Shown here piece after piece: positions 1-10,865 of a stretch of 64,000 nt of DNA. The stretch is from NCBI GenBank assembly GCA_047601445.1, contig JASGJH010000001.1, forward strand, positions 288,001-352,000, in the 5' to 3' direction. The notes beneath the pieces were generated by a model, which worked only from the letters and a program-made list of their open reading frames with translations, was not told the DNA's origin and made no database searches. The stretch is from Myxococcales bacterium (lineage in GTDB: Bacteria > Myxococcota_A > Polyangia > Polyangiales > DASUME01). How positions within the stretch are numbered: position 1 is the first letter of the stretch; each line of letters opens with the position of its first letter. The position numbers were made by a program, and so were the translations under genes.

Positions 1-3000
1 GGGGCGTCGCGCTGTCCGCTCTGCACGATGAGGTCCAGCTGAGCCAGCGCAGCTGGGCCGTCGTTGAGCTTGCGCTCGAGGAAGTCGGCAGCACCCAGGC
101 GCGCCAGGCGGCGCTGGGCCTCCGGCACGAACTTGGCCGAAGCCAGCGCGCTGAGCACTTCCACCGCCTCCGCCCAGCTCTCGCGTGCGGTGTGGATCTC
201 GACCGCCAGCGCCAGCGCGCCGACGTGTTCGTCGAGCATCCGCACGTTGTCGATCGCATCCAGGGCGGCGTCCAGGTCTCCGCTCGCGCGATACAGGCGC
301 GCGAGCTCGTAAAACAGCCCGATGAGCTCGTCAGCCTCGTCGACCAGCTCGGTACGCGCGCGCATCAGCGTGATCAGTCGCTGCGTCTCGCCGCGCGCGC
401 CAAGGAGATCCTGCAAGCGTGTAAAGGCCAGCTTGCGCGCGGGTGCCTGCCCGAGGATGCGCACCAGAAGCTCTTCGGATCCGCGCAGGTCGGAGAGCTC
501 GTCCATGCGCACCACGGCCGCCTCTTCCAGCAGTTGCAGCGAGAGCTCTCCTTCGACCTGACTGGCCAGCGCCTCGCACAGCTCCGTCACGCGCTGGAAG
601 TTGCCGGCGTTGCGGGCGGCGATGCGACCGAGTTCGAGCGCTTGCACGTCGCCCGGGTTCTGGTTGAGCAGGCCATCGAGGGCCTCCAGCGCCGCCGCCG
701 GCTCCTCCGCGGCCAGCTGCGCGCGGGCCAGTGCCAGCGCGTTCTCTCGGGACGGCGCCTGCGCCCTCAGGGTGGCGAATGCGCGGGCGCGCAGCCCGGC
801 GTCGTGAATGGGAGAGCTCGCCTCGAGCAACATGGCGGCCACGGCGGGAGACAGCTCGGCGGGCGCCTCGAACGATCCCACCAGCGAGCCCTCCAAGCCG
901 TGTTCTGGCGCGCTCAGCGCACGCACGAAGCAGGCCTCGGCACGCAGGCTCTCGGCCAGCACTGCGTCGCTGGTTTGCCTGGCCAGGTTCTCTAGCGCGC
1001 TGGCATGTCCTTCTTCGTCGTGGGGCAGCGGGATACTGGCGCGCGTCCAGAGTGCCCAGCGATTGTCGGGCGCGGCCGTCTGCACGCGCTCCACCACATC
1101 GAGCACGCGCGCGTGCTCCGCGCCCTGCGCCAGCAGCACGCCTCCGAGCTCGGCCAAGAGGCGCGGCTTGAGCTCCTCTGGCGAGCGCTGCGCCAGCACC
1201 TCGAGCGCCTGTTCCCGGAGCTCGGCCGCCGTGGCGGTCGACGATACCAGTGAGACTGCCGCGTGGTGTCCTGACACGGGGTCGGTCAGGGTCGCGTCCA
1301 AGCATGCCTCGGCCAGCTCTGCCTTGGCGCTCCATAGTTCGTAGTGGTCCGCCAAGAGCAGGGTCTCGACGCTCGCCTGCCCCTTGGCCTTCTCGCGCTC
1401 CGAGAGCGCTTCGCGGGCGCGCAGCACGACGCCCTGGTCGCGCAAGCGCTGACCCAGGCGCAACAGGGCCCAGACGGGGCCGCTGGATTGCGGGCTGCGA
1501 TTGGCGGCCTGCTCGTAGTTTTGGACCGCACGCTCGGTGTCGTCCGCAGCCTCGGCCGCCGCACCGGCCAGGAGCAGCGAGAGTTCGGCATCACGTTCGC
1601 TGCTCTGCGCCTCCGCGGCGCGCCGCAGCAAGCCGACGATTCTCGGAAGCCGCACCGCTCAGCTTGAGCACCTCTTGTTGGAGCGAGAGGGCGTAGCGAT
1701 GGGAGGGTTCGTTGCTGAGCACGCGGTCGAGCAGGGTCCGCGCCTGGGGCAGGTTGTGAGACCGCACGTGAGCTCGCGCAGCTGCGCACAGATGGGCGGC
1801 AGCCCGCTCCGCCTCGATGCGTTGCTCCGCCAACTTCTCGTGGGCCCGCGCGAGCAGCGTCAGATCGCGCTCCTCGGCCGCCCGCAAGCGCGCGAGCTGC
1901 GGGAAGAACGCGCGCGCCTCTTCGTTCTCGAGGTGCTCGCTCAGAAGGCGCCGACCTTCGGCCCCGTCGCTGGAGAGCTCGATCAGATGGTGCAGCAGCG
2001 CGGCGCGCTCGTCCGCGTCGAGCTGCGACGCCAAGAGTCGCTCGATGCCGAAGCGCGCAAGCTCCCGGTCGGACAAGTCGAGGCCCGCAGCGTAGGCCTC
2101 TCGCGCTATCTCCTGGGACCCATCGCCCTTGGCGTCGGCGCCCTTGAACAACGACAGCACTTTGTCCGCGCCCTCGCCGGCGCTGGTCGAGATCAGCGCA
2201 GCTTCCAGCAAGAAGCGCGAAGCTCGCGCCGGACTCGCCGTCGCCGAGCGCTCCTCGCGGCGCTCGATGCGCTCGCGGTGCATGCCCTCGTCGAGCAAGA
2301 GATCGTCCAGGATGGCGTCCGCGGCGATCGAGCCTCCCGCGTGGGCGATCGCCTCCATCAACGACTCGCGCGCCGCCGACAGCTGGCCTGCCACCAGGGC
2401 ATGCTCGGCCAAGCGGAAATGCAGCGCTGCCGCGTGCTCTCCATCGACCCCCATCGCCAGCAAGCTGCGCGCTTCGTCGGCCGCCTTCTCGCGATCTTCC
2501 ATCAGATCGTAGGCGAGCATGCGCGTTTGACGCAGGAGCACGTCGTCGGGGCGAATCGCGAGCGCCTTCGAGACCGCGCTCAGGGCGCCCTCGGGATCGC
2601 TCAGGTTCGTGCAGCGCAGGCGGGCCGCCTCGTACCAGTGAGCCAAGGCCTGAGAGCGCAAGCGCTCGCGCTCCGCCTCGTCGAGTTCGCTGCCGCTCTC
2701 GAGCTCTGCCGCGGCCAGCTCCGCGCGCTTCTCACAGGCCTCCACGAGCTCTGGGACGAAGCCTTTGCCGCGCGCGAAGTGCGCCAGCGCGGCCAAGGCG
2801 GTGTCGTTGCTCGGCTCGTTCGAACCGGCGCCGAAAGCCGCTTTTTTCAGGGCTTCCAGGGCCAAGCTGAGCTCGCCTCGCTGCTCCAGCTCCGCCGCCA
2901 CCTCGAGCAACAACACGGCGCGCTGCGCGGGGTCGTCGCTGCCGTTCGCGCGTCGCGTGAGGGACTCGAAGGCCGCCGCAGCGTCGGACTCAGCGCGCCG

Positions 3001-3480
3001 CGTCCACTCGAGCAGCAAGGCCGCTTCGATGCCGTCGTCGTGCTCGAGTGCGCGCTCCAGGCGCGAACGTACCGCCTCGGGTTCGCCTCCTCCCAAAAGG
3101 GGAAGCAACGCCTGATCGATCAGTGAAGTGGTCTTTTCCTCGGGCGTATGCGCTGAACGCAGCTCGGTGTCGTAGAGCCGCGCGAGGTTCTTCAGCGAGC
3201 GTTTGCGTTCGAACAAACGGATCAACGCATGCAGCGGCAGACGGAAGCGATTATCGAGATTGTAAGCCGCGAGATAGTCATTCACCGCCTGCGCAGGCTG
3301 ATTGAGCGCGGTCTCGCTGAGAAACGCGGCCTCGTACAGCAGGGCCGCCTTGTGCGTGCGATCCGGCGCTGCGTCGGCTTCCGCACGCAACTCAGGGACG
3401 CGCGCCAGAGCCTCTTCAGCGAGGCCACGCGGCGCGTCGACAGTCTTTTCAGGGGGTGAGCTCTTGGTCTGGGGCGTCAT
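1..3480 (-). CDS. Giant TPR-repeat protein, truncated by the window edge and frameshifted as sequenced at 1638-1642
   Basis: The 629-aa ORF 3480-1591 has TPR-like helices (KAALLYEAAFLSE..QAVNDYLAAYNLDNRF; RLRCTNLSDPEGALSAVSKALAIRPDD). Deleting one base in GAATC gives EIVGLLRRAAEAQSSERDAELSLLLAGAAAEAADDTERAVQNYEQAANRSP..., which appears open and TPR-like to position 1. Confidence 0.8.
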
Positions 3481-3508
3481 CCGAGAGCGTCATGATATCA
3501 GCCCTTTA

Positions 3509-4171
3509 TCAGACAAGAACAGCGCCGTCAGCGGGGCCCCCGATGTTCTCTAGCTGACGCCGCAGGCTGGCCAAGAGGTGAGGTGTTTCAACCACCACAT
3601 GGCGCTGGAGGTCGGGTAACACGCTACGTACGATCCGTTCAGACGGCGCGTCGATCGCCAGCCGCTTCCGTCCCTGAAAAACCCGGATCAAACGCTCCAG
3701 TACTGCATCCGTGTTCCTGTAGTCATAGGGCGTACCGTGGGCTCTCAAGCGACCCTCCAGCTGCGCCCAGCGCGTGCGCTGCTCGGGCTCTGTAAACAAG
3801 CTCCGCACACGGGCGAGCTCGCCCAGGGCGGCCTCGTAAGCGTCGACCACCTCGGGACGTCCCAGGAGCTCGCCGTCCAGCAGCATTTCCGCGCCCACGT
3901 GGGCCACCGCCCGTGCCGGACCGCGCGCCACGCCCAGCTGGCTCAGGCGATCGAGCGTGTATTGAGTCCAGACCAGGAAGCTCGGCTCGGCATGGAAGAG
4001 CGCGTCGGTCTGGTGGTGGTGTGAAACGCCCTCGGCGAGCGGGCCCCGGGGCAGTTCGCGCGGTAGCCGTAAGCCCGCCATGTTCACGAGGTCGGGCAGC
4101 ATGGCGCCGAGCACGAAAGCAGGAACGCGGCTGGTCCACAGGGCGACCGTGGCGTGACCGATGAAGTTCAC
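3509..4171 (-). CDS. ACP phosphodiesterase (AcpH/DUF479)-like metal-dependent hydrolase
   Basis: N-terminal MNFIGH, then LGAMLPD, GVSHHHQTDALFH and AHVGAEMLLD resemble AcpH-family metal-binding motifs. Confidence 0.55.
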   Translation of the reverse strand: MNFIGHATVALWTSRVPAFVLGAMLPDLVNMAGLRLPRELPRGPLAEGVSHHHQTDALFHAEPSFLVWTQYTLDRLSQLGVARGPARAVAHVGAEMLLDGELLGRPEVVDAYEAALGELARVRSLFTEPEQRTRWAQLEGRLRAHGTPYDYRNTDAVLERLIRVFQGRKRLAIDAPSERIVRSVLPDLQRHVVVETPHLLASLRRQLENIGGPADGAVLV

Positions 4172-4209
4172 AGACGCTCGAGCCTAGCAGCGATCCCACG
4201 GGGCACGGC

Positions 4210-5604
4210 TCACTTCCACTCGGTCTCCACATCGAGTTGAGCCGGTGCTGCGCGCTCCTGATGGTTCGGCTTGGCCTCGGTGGGCTTGGGCGCGGCGCGC
4301 CTGGCAGGGATTGACTCCGACGGCGTCTCGGGTGTCTCCGTGGCAGTCGGCGGAGTCTCTTCGGGCGCGGCGGCAGGCGTTTCTTGCACGGGGGCTGGCG
4401 TCGCAGGGGCCAGCGGGGCTACCGCGGGCGCATCGACGTGCCTCTCCGAAGGCGGCACGGCGGGCTCGTTCGCGGGGGCTCGCCGCTGTGAAACCAGCCA
4501 CAAGACGGCCACGACCACGAACGCTACCACCAGCGCCATTCCCACGCCCCAGCCAGTCGCACCGGGTGGGAGAGACATTCGGCTGCGACTCGGTTCGGCA
4601 TGGCGCCCTGCGCCGCGGCTCCCCGTACGCGGGTTGGACGGCGGAGGGTCGCGACCGTTCGCCGTCTCCGCGGGCTGCGCCAGGCTCGACCAAGCTCGAA
4701 AGCCAGGCAGGCCGATGGGGTCGGGATCCGGGGGCAGGGCGATGCCACTGGTCTGCGCTCCCGCCAAGAGGCCACGCGCCAGGGCCCGCATGTCCGGATA
4801 GCGGTGATCGAGGTCGCGCCGCAGAGCACGCTCGATGGCGTGTGCGAGCGGTGCGGGCACGTCGGGCCGAACCTCCTGCAACGAGCGCGTGCGGCCCGCC
4901 ATGATCTGCGTGGCGATGGCCGAGCCGTCGGTCGAGGTGTACGGACTCACGCCTGCGATGCACTCGTAGAGCACCACGCCGAGCGACCAGACGTCGGCGG
5001 GGGGGCCCACCTCCGCGCCCGCCGCATGCTCGGGCGACATGTAGAGCGGGGTGCCGATCACCACGCCCGAGCGCGTGAGGCGCGACTCGGACGCCACGCG
5101 CGCGAGCCCGAAATCCAGCAGTTTGGGATGCTTCTTGCCCGTCGGATCCCGCCACAGAAAGATGTTCGAGGGCTTCACGTCGCGATGGACGATGCCCGCG
5201 TCGTGCAGCACCGCAAGGGCGCCTGCGATGGGCAGGAGGAAGGCCAGGGTCTGCTCCGGGCTCAGCGAGCCTTCGCTGATCAAGTAGCGGTCGAGCGACT
5301 GGCCCTCGAGCAGCTCCATCACCAGGAACGGCAGACCCCGCTCGTCGGTGCCCATGTCCAGCACGTCGACCACGTGGGGATGACGCACCGCCGCCGCGGC
5401 GCGGGCCTCACTCAGGAAACGCGCCCGCAAGGGCGCTAGCTCCTCCTCGCGCGTCGGATGCAGCAGCTTGAGCGCGACCTTCCGCCGCGTGAGCAAGTGC
5501 TCCGCCGTATAGAGCACTCCCATGCCGCCCGAACCCAGCAGGGACTCGATGCGGTAGCGCTCGCCGACGATGCGGCCCGCCAGGGGTTCCGATGCTGGAG
5601 CCAT
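4210..5604 (-). CDS. Membrane-anchored Hanks-type Ser/Thr protein kinase
   Basis: LGSGGMG, VALK, HRDVKPSN, DFG and GTPLYMSPE motifs; TM segment (GMALVVAFVVVAVLWLV) and Pro/Ala/Glu-rich C-terminal tail. Confidence 0.95.
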   Translation of the reverse strand: MAPASEPLAGRIVGERYRIESLLGSGGMGVLYTAEHLLTRRKVALKLLHPTREEELAPLRARFLSEARAAAAVRHPHVVDVLDMGTDERGLPFLVMELLEGQSLDRYLISEGSLSPEQTLAFLLPIAGALAVLHDAGIVHRDVKPSNIFLWRDPTGKKHPKLLDFGLARVASESRLTRSGVVIGTPLYMSPEHAAGAEVGPPADVWSLGVVLYECIAGVSPYTSTDGSAIATQIMAGRTRSLQEVRPDVPAPLAHAIERALRRDLDHRYPDMRALARGLLAGAQTSGIALPPDPDPIGLPGFRAWSSLAQPAETANGRDPPPSNPRTGSRGAGRHAEPSRSRMSLPPGATGWGVGMALVVAFVVVAVLWLVSQRRAPANEPAVPPSERHVDAPAVAPLAPATPAPVQETPAAAPEETPPTATETPETPSESIPARRAAPKPTEAKPNHQERAAPAQLDVETEWK

Positions 5605-5750
5605 CCGTGCCTGACCCAGATCCTACCGGTTGGGGATCCCCGGGTCGAGATCAGTCGACCCCAGGCGCGGCACGCCGTCCAGACACGCGGTCGAGGGCAC
5701 CGGATGTGTAGACAGGCACACGCTGGGGTCTTGTCGTGGAAAGTTGGAGA

Positions 5751-6797
5751 TCAGCGCGGCAAGGCCAGCGTGAGGTCCAAGTCGAGCACCACGCTGTCGT
5801 CGTACTTCCCGTCCTTCTTGTACGGGAAATCGGCCGCGGGGTGATTCTTGGTCGCCACCAGGCGCACGCGCAGGGCGCCGATGTCCTTGTGCCCCGGCAG
5901 CTCGATCTTCTCGAGGACTTCGCTGTAGGCGTAGATCGTGTCCCCGGCGAACGTGGGGTTCGCATGCGAGCCCCCGTTGATGGCGAGCACCTTGAACGCG
6001 TTGGCGAAGCCGTTGAAGGACAGGCAGCGCGCCAGGCTGATGATGTGTCCGCCGTAAATCAAGCGGCGCTTGAAACGCCCTTGGTTCGCCGCGAACTGGT
6101 CGAAATGCACCTTGGCGGTGTTCTGGTAGAGGCGCGTGGCGAGCTGATGCTCCGCTTCCTCGATGGTCATGCCATCCACGTGGTCGACCTTCTCGCCGAC
6201 CTGGTAGTCGCCCCAGGTGTGCTTCTCGCCGCTGAGCACGAAGTCGTAGTTCTCGACCTTGAGCGTGGCGGGCACGTGCAGCTGGTCTGCGGGCACGGCC
6301 GAGGGCAGGTTGGGAGTCACGGCCTCGGGCGCGGGCTTGGACTCATCCTTCTTGTTCACCATCACCCAGCGCGTGTAGTCGAGCACGACGTGGCCGTGCT
6401 GGTTCTTGCCCACGGAGTTCACGTAGACCACGCCGGTCTTACCGTTCGAGTTCTGCTTGAGACCCGTGACCGTGCTGGTGGTGGTGACCGTGTCCCCGGG
6501 GTAGAGCGGCACGCCGAACTTGCCGTTGGCGTAGCCGAGGTTCGCGACCGCGTTGAGCGAGACGTCGGGGACGGTCTTGCCGAACACCATGTGGAAGGCG
6601 AGCACGTCGTCGACGGGCGCGCGCGGCAGGCCCATGCTGCGCGCGAACTCGTCCGAGGAGTTCACGGCGAAGCGTGCGCCATAGAGCGCGGTGTAGAGGG
6701 ACACGTCCCCCTCGGTGACCGTACGCGGCGTGGCGTGCTTGATCACCTGACCGACGCGAAAGTCCTCGAAGAAGTTTCCTGCGAACGTCTTGCTCAT
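5751..6797 (-). CDS. mch: Mesaconyl-C1-CoA hydratase (tandem MaoC hot-dog fold)
   Basis: Start MSKTFAGNFFEDF; motifs HATPRTVT, FHMVFGKTVPDVSLNAVANLGYA and YQNTAKVHFD; EMC gene context. Confidence 0.88.
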   Translation of the reverse strand: MSKTFAGNFFEDFRVGQVIKHATPRTVTEGDVSLYTALYGARFAVNSSDEFARSMGLPRAPVDDVLAFHMVFGKTVPDVSLNAVANLGYANGKFGVPLYPGDTVTTTSTVTGLKQNSNGKTGVVYVNSVGKNQHGHVVLDYTRWVMVNKKDESKPAPEAVTPNLPSAVPADQLHVPATLKVENYDFVLSGEKHTWGDYQVGEKVDHVDGMTIEEAEHQLATRLYQNTAKVHFDQFAANQGRFKRRLIYGGHIISLARCLSFNGFANAFKVLAINGGSHANPTFAGDTIYAYSEVLEKIELPGHKDIGALRVRLVATKNHPAADFPYKKDGKYDDSVVLDLDLTLALPR

Positions 6798-6804
6798 CGC
6801 TGCC

Positions 6805-7681
6805 TCAGCTTCCCATCTCTGCGATGGCTTCTGCGAGCTCCACCTGACGCTTGGCGGCGACCACGTGGAGGTTCTCGACCATCTTGCCGTCGACCACGGC
6901 GACACCCTTGCCCTGCGCGGTGGCTTCCTCGAAGGCCGCGATGATCTTGCGGGCCTGGGCTACCTCCGCCTCGCTCGGCGCGAACACCTGATTGCACTTC
7001 TCCACCTGCTTGGGGTGCACCAGGGTCTTGCCGTCGAAACCGAACTCCTTGCCCTGCTCGCAGATGGCCGCGAAGCCAGCTTCGTCTTCCAGGTTCGAGT
7101 ACACGCCATCGAGGATGGACAGACCGAAGGCGCGCGCTGCGAGCAGGCACAGGCCCAGGCTCGTCATGATGGGCAGACGCACGGCGGTGTGGGCCGCACG
7201 CAGATCCTTCACCAGGTCGTTGGTGCCCATTACGAAGCCCGCCAGGCGCCGCGACGCGTTGGCGATTTGCTCCGCGTGAAGGATGCCCAGGGGCGTCTCC
7301 ATCATGCACCAGATGGTCATGTTCTCGTGGGCGCCGGCCTGGTCGAGGATGCTCTCGACCTGCTTGATCTGGCTCGCGCTCTCGACCTTGGGCACCAAGA
7401 TCACGTCGGCCTTGCTCTTCGCGATGGCCTGGGCGTCGGAGATGCCCCACGGCGTTTCGAGGCCGTTCATGCGCACGAAGATCTCGCGCTTCCCGTAGCC
7501 GCCTTCGGCGACGGCCTTCATCACGTTGTCGCGTGCCTGGGCCTTGGCGTCGGGCGCGACGGCGTCTTCGAGATTCGAGAATGAGTCCATCCACGGGCAG
7601 CGTGCGCGCCTTTTCGAGCGCGCGCGTGTTGGCGCCGGGCATGTACAGGACTGAACGACGGGGGCGGCCTTTGATCGTCAT
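6805..7681 (-). CDS. mcl2: (3S)-malyl-CoA thioesterase, CitE/HpcH family; frameshifted as sequenced at 7572-7576
   Basis: N-terminal RPRRSVLYMPGANTRALEKA is in one frame, LEDAVAPDAK..MMET..MGTNDL..GFDGKTLVHP..VDGKMVENLH in another. Removing one A restores LILDLEDAV. Resembles Rhodobacter Mcl2. Confidence 0.8.
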
Positions 7682-7693
7682 GTGACTCTCTCC

Positions 7694-8743
7694 TCAGATT
7701 CCGTAGGCGGCCTTGAGAGCCGGGTCCTTCTCCGCGAGCATACGCGCCAGGCTCACCATCACCTTGCACTGCTTGACCGTGGCGTCGTCCTGCATCTTGC
7801 CGTCGATCATCACGGCGCCGGTGCCGTCGCCCATGGAGTCGATGACCTTGAGCGCCCACTTCACCTCGTCGACCGCGGGGCTGAACACCTTGCGGGCGAT
7901 GTCGATCTGCACCGGGTGCAGCGACCAGGCGCCCACGCAGCCGAGCAGGAACGCGTTGCGGAACTGGTCCTCACAGGCGAGCGTGTCCTTGATGTCTCCG
8001 AACGGACCGTAGTAAGGCAGGATGCCGTTGGAGGTGCAGGCGTCGACCATGCGGGCCATCGTGTAGTGCCAGAGGTCCTGCTGAGCCGTCACGCGCGGCG
8101 CTCCGTCGTTGCCCGCTTCCGGATCGGCGCGCACCAGGTAGCCAGGGTGTCCGCCGCCCACGCGGGTGGTCTTCATGCGGCGCGAGGCAGCCAGATCGGC
8201 CGGACCCAGCGAGAGGCCCTGCATGCGCGGGCTCGCGGCGGCGATGGATTCCACGTTGGCCACGCCGAGCGCGGTCTCGAGGATGGCGTGCACGAGGATG
8301 GGGCGCTTGAGCTTGGCGCGCGCTTCGAGCTGGGCGAGCAGACGGTCCACGTAGTGGATGTCCCAGGGGCCTTCGACCTTGGGCACCATGATCACGTCGA
8401 CCTTGTGGCCAACCTCGGTGACGATGCGGGTCAGGTCGTCCAGCAGCCACGGGCTATCCAGGCTGTTCACGCGGGTCCACAGCTGCGTGTCGCCGAAGTC
8501 GACTTCCTTGGCGATCTTCACGAAGCCTTCGCGAGCGTCGAGCTTCTTGTCGGCCGCGACGGCGTCCTCCAGGTTGCCGAGCATCACGTCGACCTGCTTG
8601 GCGATGTCCGGCACCTTGGCGGCCATCTTGGCGTTCGACGGGTCGAAGAAGTGGATCATGCGCGAGGGGCGGAACGGGATCTCGCGAACCGGCTCCGGTG
8701 CACCGATGGCGAGGGGCTTGAAGAAGTCTTTCGCGCTGCGCAT
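7694..8743 (-). CDS. mcl: L-malyl-CoA/beta-methylmalyl-CoA lyase, Chloroflexus-type
   Basis: [63 protein letters not shown] and [11 protein letters not shown] match the Chloroflexus aurantiacus Mcl as I recall it; 349 aa. Confidence 0.88.
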   Translation of the reverse strand: MRSAKDFFKPLAIGAPEPVREIPFRPSRMIHFFDPSNAKMAAKVPDIAKQVDVMLGNLEDAVAADKKLDAREGFVKIAKEVDFGDTQLWTRVNSLDSPWLLDDLTRIVTEVGHKVDVIMVPKVEGPWDIHYVDRLLAQLEARAKLKRPILVHAILETALGVANVESIAAASPRMQGLSLGPADLAASRRMKTTRVGGGHPGYLVRADPEAGNDGAPRVTAQQDLWHYTMARMVDACTSNGILPYYGPFGDIKDTLACEDQFRNAFLLGCVGAWSLHPVQIDIARKVFSPAVDEVKWALKVIDSMGDGTGAVMIDGKMQDDATVKQCKVMVSLARMLAEKDPALKAAYGI

Positions 8744-8888
8744 GGCAATGTCCTCTGTTTCGAGCGTTTCGAGCTGTTCGACGCTTGGTCTTGAAGTGAG
8801 CGGGTCTTGACGTGACAGGCGCGCCCGCGGGCGCGCGTGTGGAAGTCGTCTCGTTCGGCCTCACCACGTCGGGCGGAGGCCCAGGGAA

Positions 8889-10499
8889 TCAGATTTCGAG
8901 CAAGCGGCGCGCGACCACGCCGGCCTGGATCTCGTTGGCGCCCTCGAAGATGGAGAGCACGCGGGCGTCCACCAACAAGCGTGACGCGGTGTACTCCTCG
9001 GCGAAGCCGTTGCCGCCGTGGATTTGCACGTCGGCGTCGGCCGCTTCCCACGCAGCGCGCGTGGCGAGCAGCTTGGCCATACCGGCCTCGAGGTCGCAGC
9101 GCTGATCCTTGTCCTTGGCACGCGCGGCGAAGTAGGTGAGCTGACGGCCCGCCTGAATGCGCGTGACCATGCGGCCGATCTTGCGCGCGACGCGCCCGAA
9201 GTTGAACAGCGGCTGGCCGAACTGCACGCGCTCGTGCGCGTAGCGCATGGCCTCGTCGAAGGCCGCCACGGCCACGCCCACGCCGCGCGCGGCGGTTTGA
9301 ATGCGGGCTGCCTCGAAGGTCTTCATGAGCTGCTTGAAGCCCTGTCCTTCGACACCACCGAGCAGCGCGCCGGGCGCCACCTTGAAGTCCTCGAAGCTCA
9401 GCTCGTATTCCTTCATGCCGCGGTAGCCGAGCACCTTGATCTCGGTGCCGGTGAGGCCCTCGTCCACGAACTCGGGCTGCCCCTCTTCGCCGAGGCGCGT
9501 CTTCCTGGCGAGGAACATGGAGAGGCCGCCGTAGCCCGGGTCGTCGGGGTTGGTGCGAGCCAGCAAGGTCATCAGGTCGGCGCGCACCGCGTGGGTGATC
9601 CAGGTCTTGTTGCCGTTGACCTTGTAGCTACCGTCGGACTGCTTCACGGCGCGCGTGCCGAGCTTGGCCAAGTCGGAGCCGTTGTTGGGCTCGGTGAACA
9701 CGGCGGTGGACATCACCTCACCGCTGGCGAGCTTGGGCAACCAGTACTGCTTCTGCTCCTCGGTGCCGCCACCGATGATGAGCTCTGCCGCAATCTCGGA
9801 GCGCGTGCCGAGCGAGCCCACGCCGATGTAACCACGGCTCAGTTCCTCGGTGACCACGCACATGGCGACCTTGCTCAAGCCGAGACCGCCGTACTCCTCC
9901 GGGATGGTGAGCCCGAACACGCCGAGCTCGTTCATCTTGTTCACGATGTCCATCGGGATCAGGACGTCCTTGCGATGGATCTCCTGGGCCTTCGGGATCA
10001 CTTCCTGATCGACGAACTTGGCGAACTGGCTGCGGATGTCCTCGAGCGTCTCGTCGTCGAGGCCGCTGTTGCCCAGTCCCTTCTCCTCGGCCTGACGCGC
10101 GATGGCGATGTACTTCTCGGCGGCGGCGTTCTCGTCGCAGAGCTGGGCCACTTCGGGGCGCAGCAAAGTCTCCGCCAGGTCCTGCGCCGTGATGCCGATC
10201 TCAGCGAGGCCTACCTGCTCGCAGGCGCCCAAATCGATGTGCGCGCGCAGGCTGCGACCCACATCTCCGATGTACGTGGCCGCGATTTGCTTTTCGTAGG
10301 CGCCGCCGACGCGCTCCGACCATGCGAGCAGCTGCTTGCAGGCCTCGAGCTCGGTGGCGAGGTAGGCGAGGGCGTGGGCCGGAACCTGAAGCTGGTCGAA
10401 CTTCTTGCCGTTGATCTTGCCGTTCTCGCTGACGCGATCTTTCAGGCGCTTGTGTGCGATCTCGTAGAGACGACCAATGGCATCGACGACTGCTTGCAT
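8889..10499 (-). CDS. mcd: (2S)-methylsuccinyl-CoA dehydrogenase
   Basis: Acyl-CoA dehydrogenase with N-terminal extension and Mcd-type EELSRGYIGVGSLGTRSEIAAELI, TAVFTEPNNGSDL, LGYRGMKEY and IFEGANEIQA. Confidence 0.88.
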   Translation of the reverse strand: MQAVVDAIGRLYEIAHKRLKDRVSENGKINGKKFDQLQVPAHALAYLATELEACKQLLAWSERVGGAYEKQIAATYIGDVGRSLRAHIDLGACEQVGLAEIGITAQDLAETLLRPEVAQLCDENAAAEKYIAIARQAEEKGLGNSGLDDETLEDIRSQFAKFVDQEVIPKAQEIHRKDVLIPMDIVNKMNELGVFGLTIPEEYGGLGLSKVAMCVVTEELSRGYIGVGSLGTRSEIAAELIIGGGTEEQKQYWLPKLASGEVMSTAVFTEPNNGSDLAKLGTRAVKQSDGSYKVNGNKTWITHAVRADLMTLLARTNPDDPGYGGLSMFLARKTRLGEEGQPEFVDEGLTGTEIKVLGYRGMKEYELSFEDFKVAPGALLGGVEGQGFKQLMKTFEAARIQTAARGVGVAVAAFDEAMRYAHERVQFGQPLFNFGRVARKIGRMVTRIQAGRQLTYFAARAKDKDQRCDLEAGMAKLLATRAAWEAADADVQIHGGNGFAEEYTASRLLVDARVLSIFEGANEIQAGVVARRLLEI

Positions 10500-10793
10500 T
10501 GTTCAATTCCTTGGCGCGACGTGGCTCACGCGGTCAAGCCCAACGCCGGTGGACGTCGAGGCGGCAGCTTCGTTTGGGCGGGGGGCGGACGACCGTTGGC
10601 GCCCAAAAACGACCGCTTTCCATGTACGACTAGTTTGCCGGTGTGCAATCCGAAAGCGCCGGAACCACTGTAAAATAGCTGTTCACGAGCGCATGGACCC
10701 CGGCTTTCGGGGCGCCAGCCAACGAGTCGGTCCGGTCGGTAGACGCGGTCGTGCCCGCGGCCGTGGTCCTGCGCGAATCTCCGGGAGAAGAGT

Positions 10794-10819
10794 CGGGCAC
10801 GGGCACGGGCACGGGCACG
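10794..10819 (+). repeat. (CGGGCA)x4 hexamer tandem repeat, with an inverted partial copy CGTGCCCG at 10750-10757 (REP-like)
   Basis: Visible directly in the ccr-mcd intergenic region. Confidence 0.7.
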
Positions 10820-10865
10820 TTTGCGGGGAGGGTGGGCTAGGGAGCCTGACGGGCCCCGGGGAACG

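Noticed and set aside
5751..8743. 3-hydroxypropionate bicycle / autotrophy
   Set aside because: No mcr, pcs, mct or meh in the window; ccr, ecm and mcd explain mcl and mch as EMC genes.
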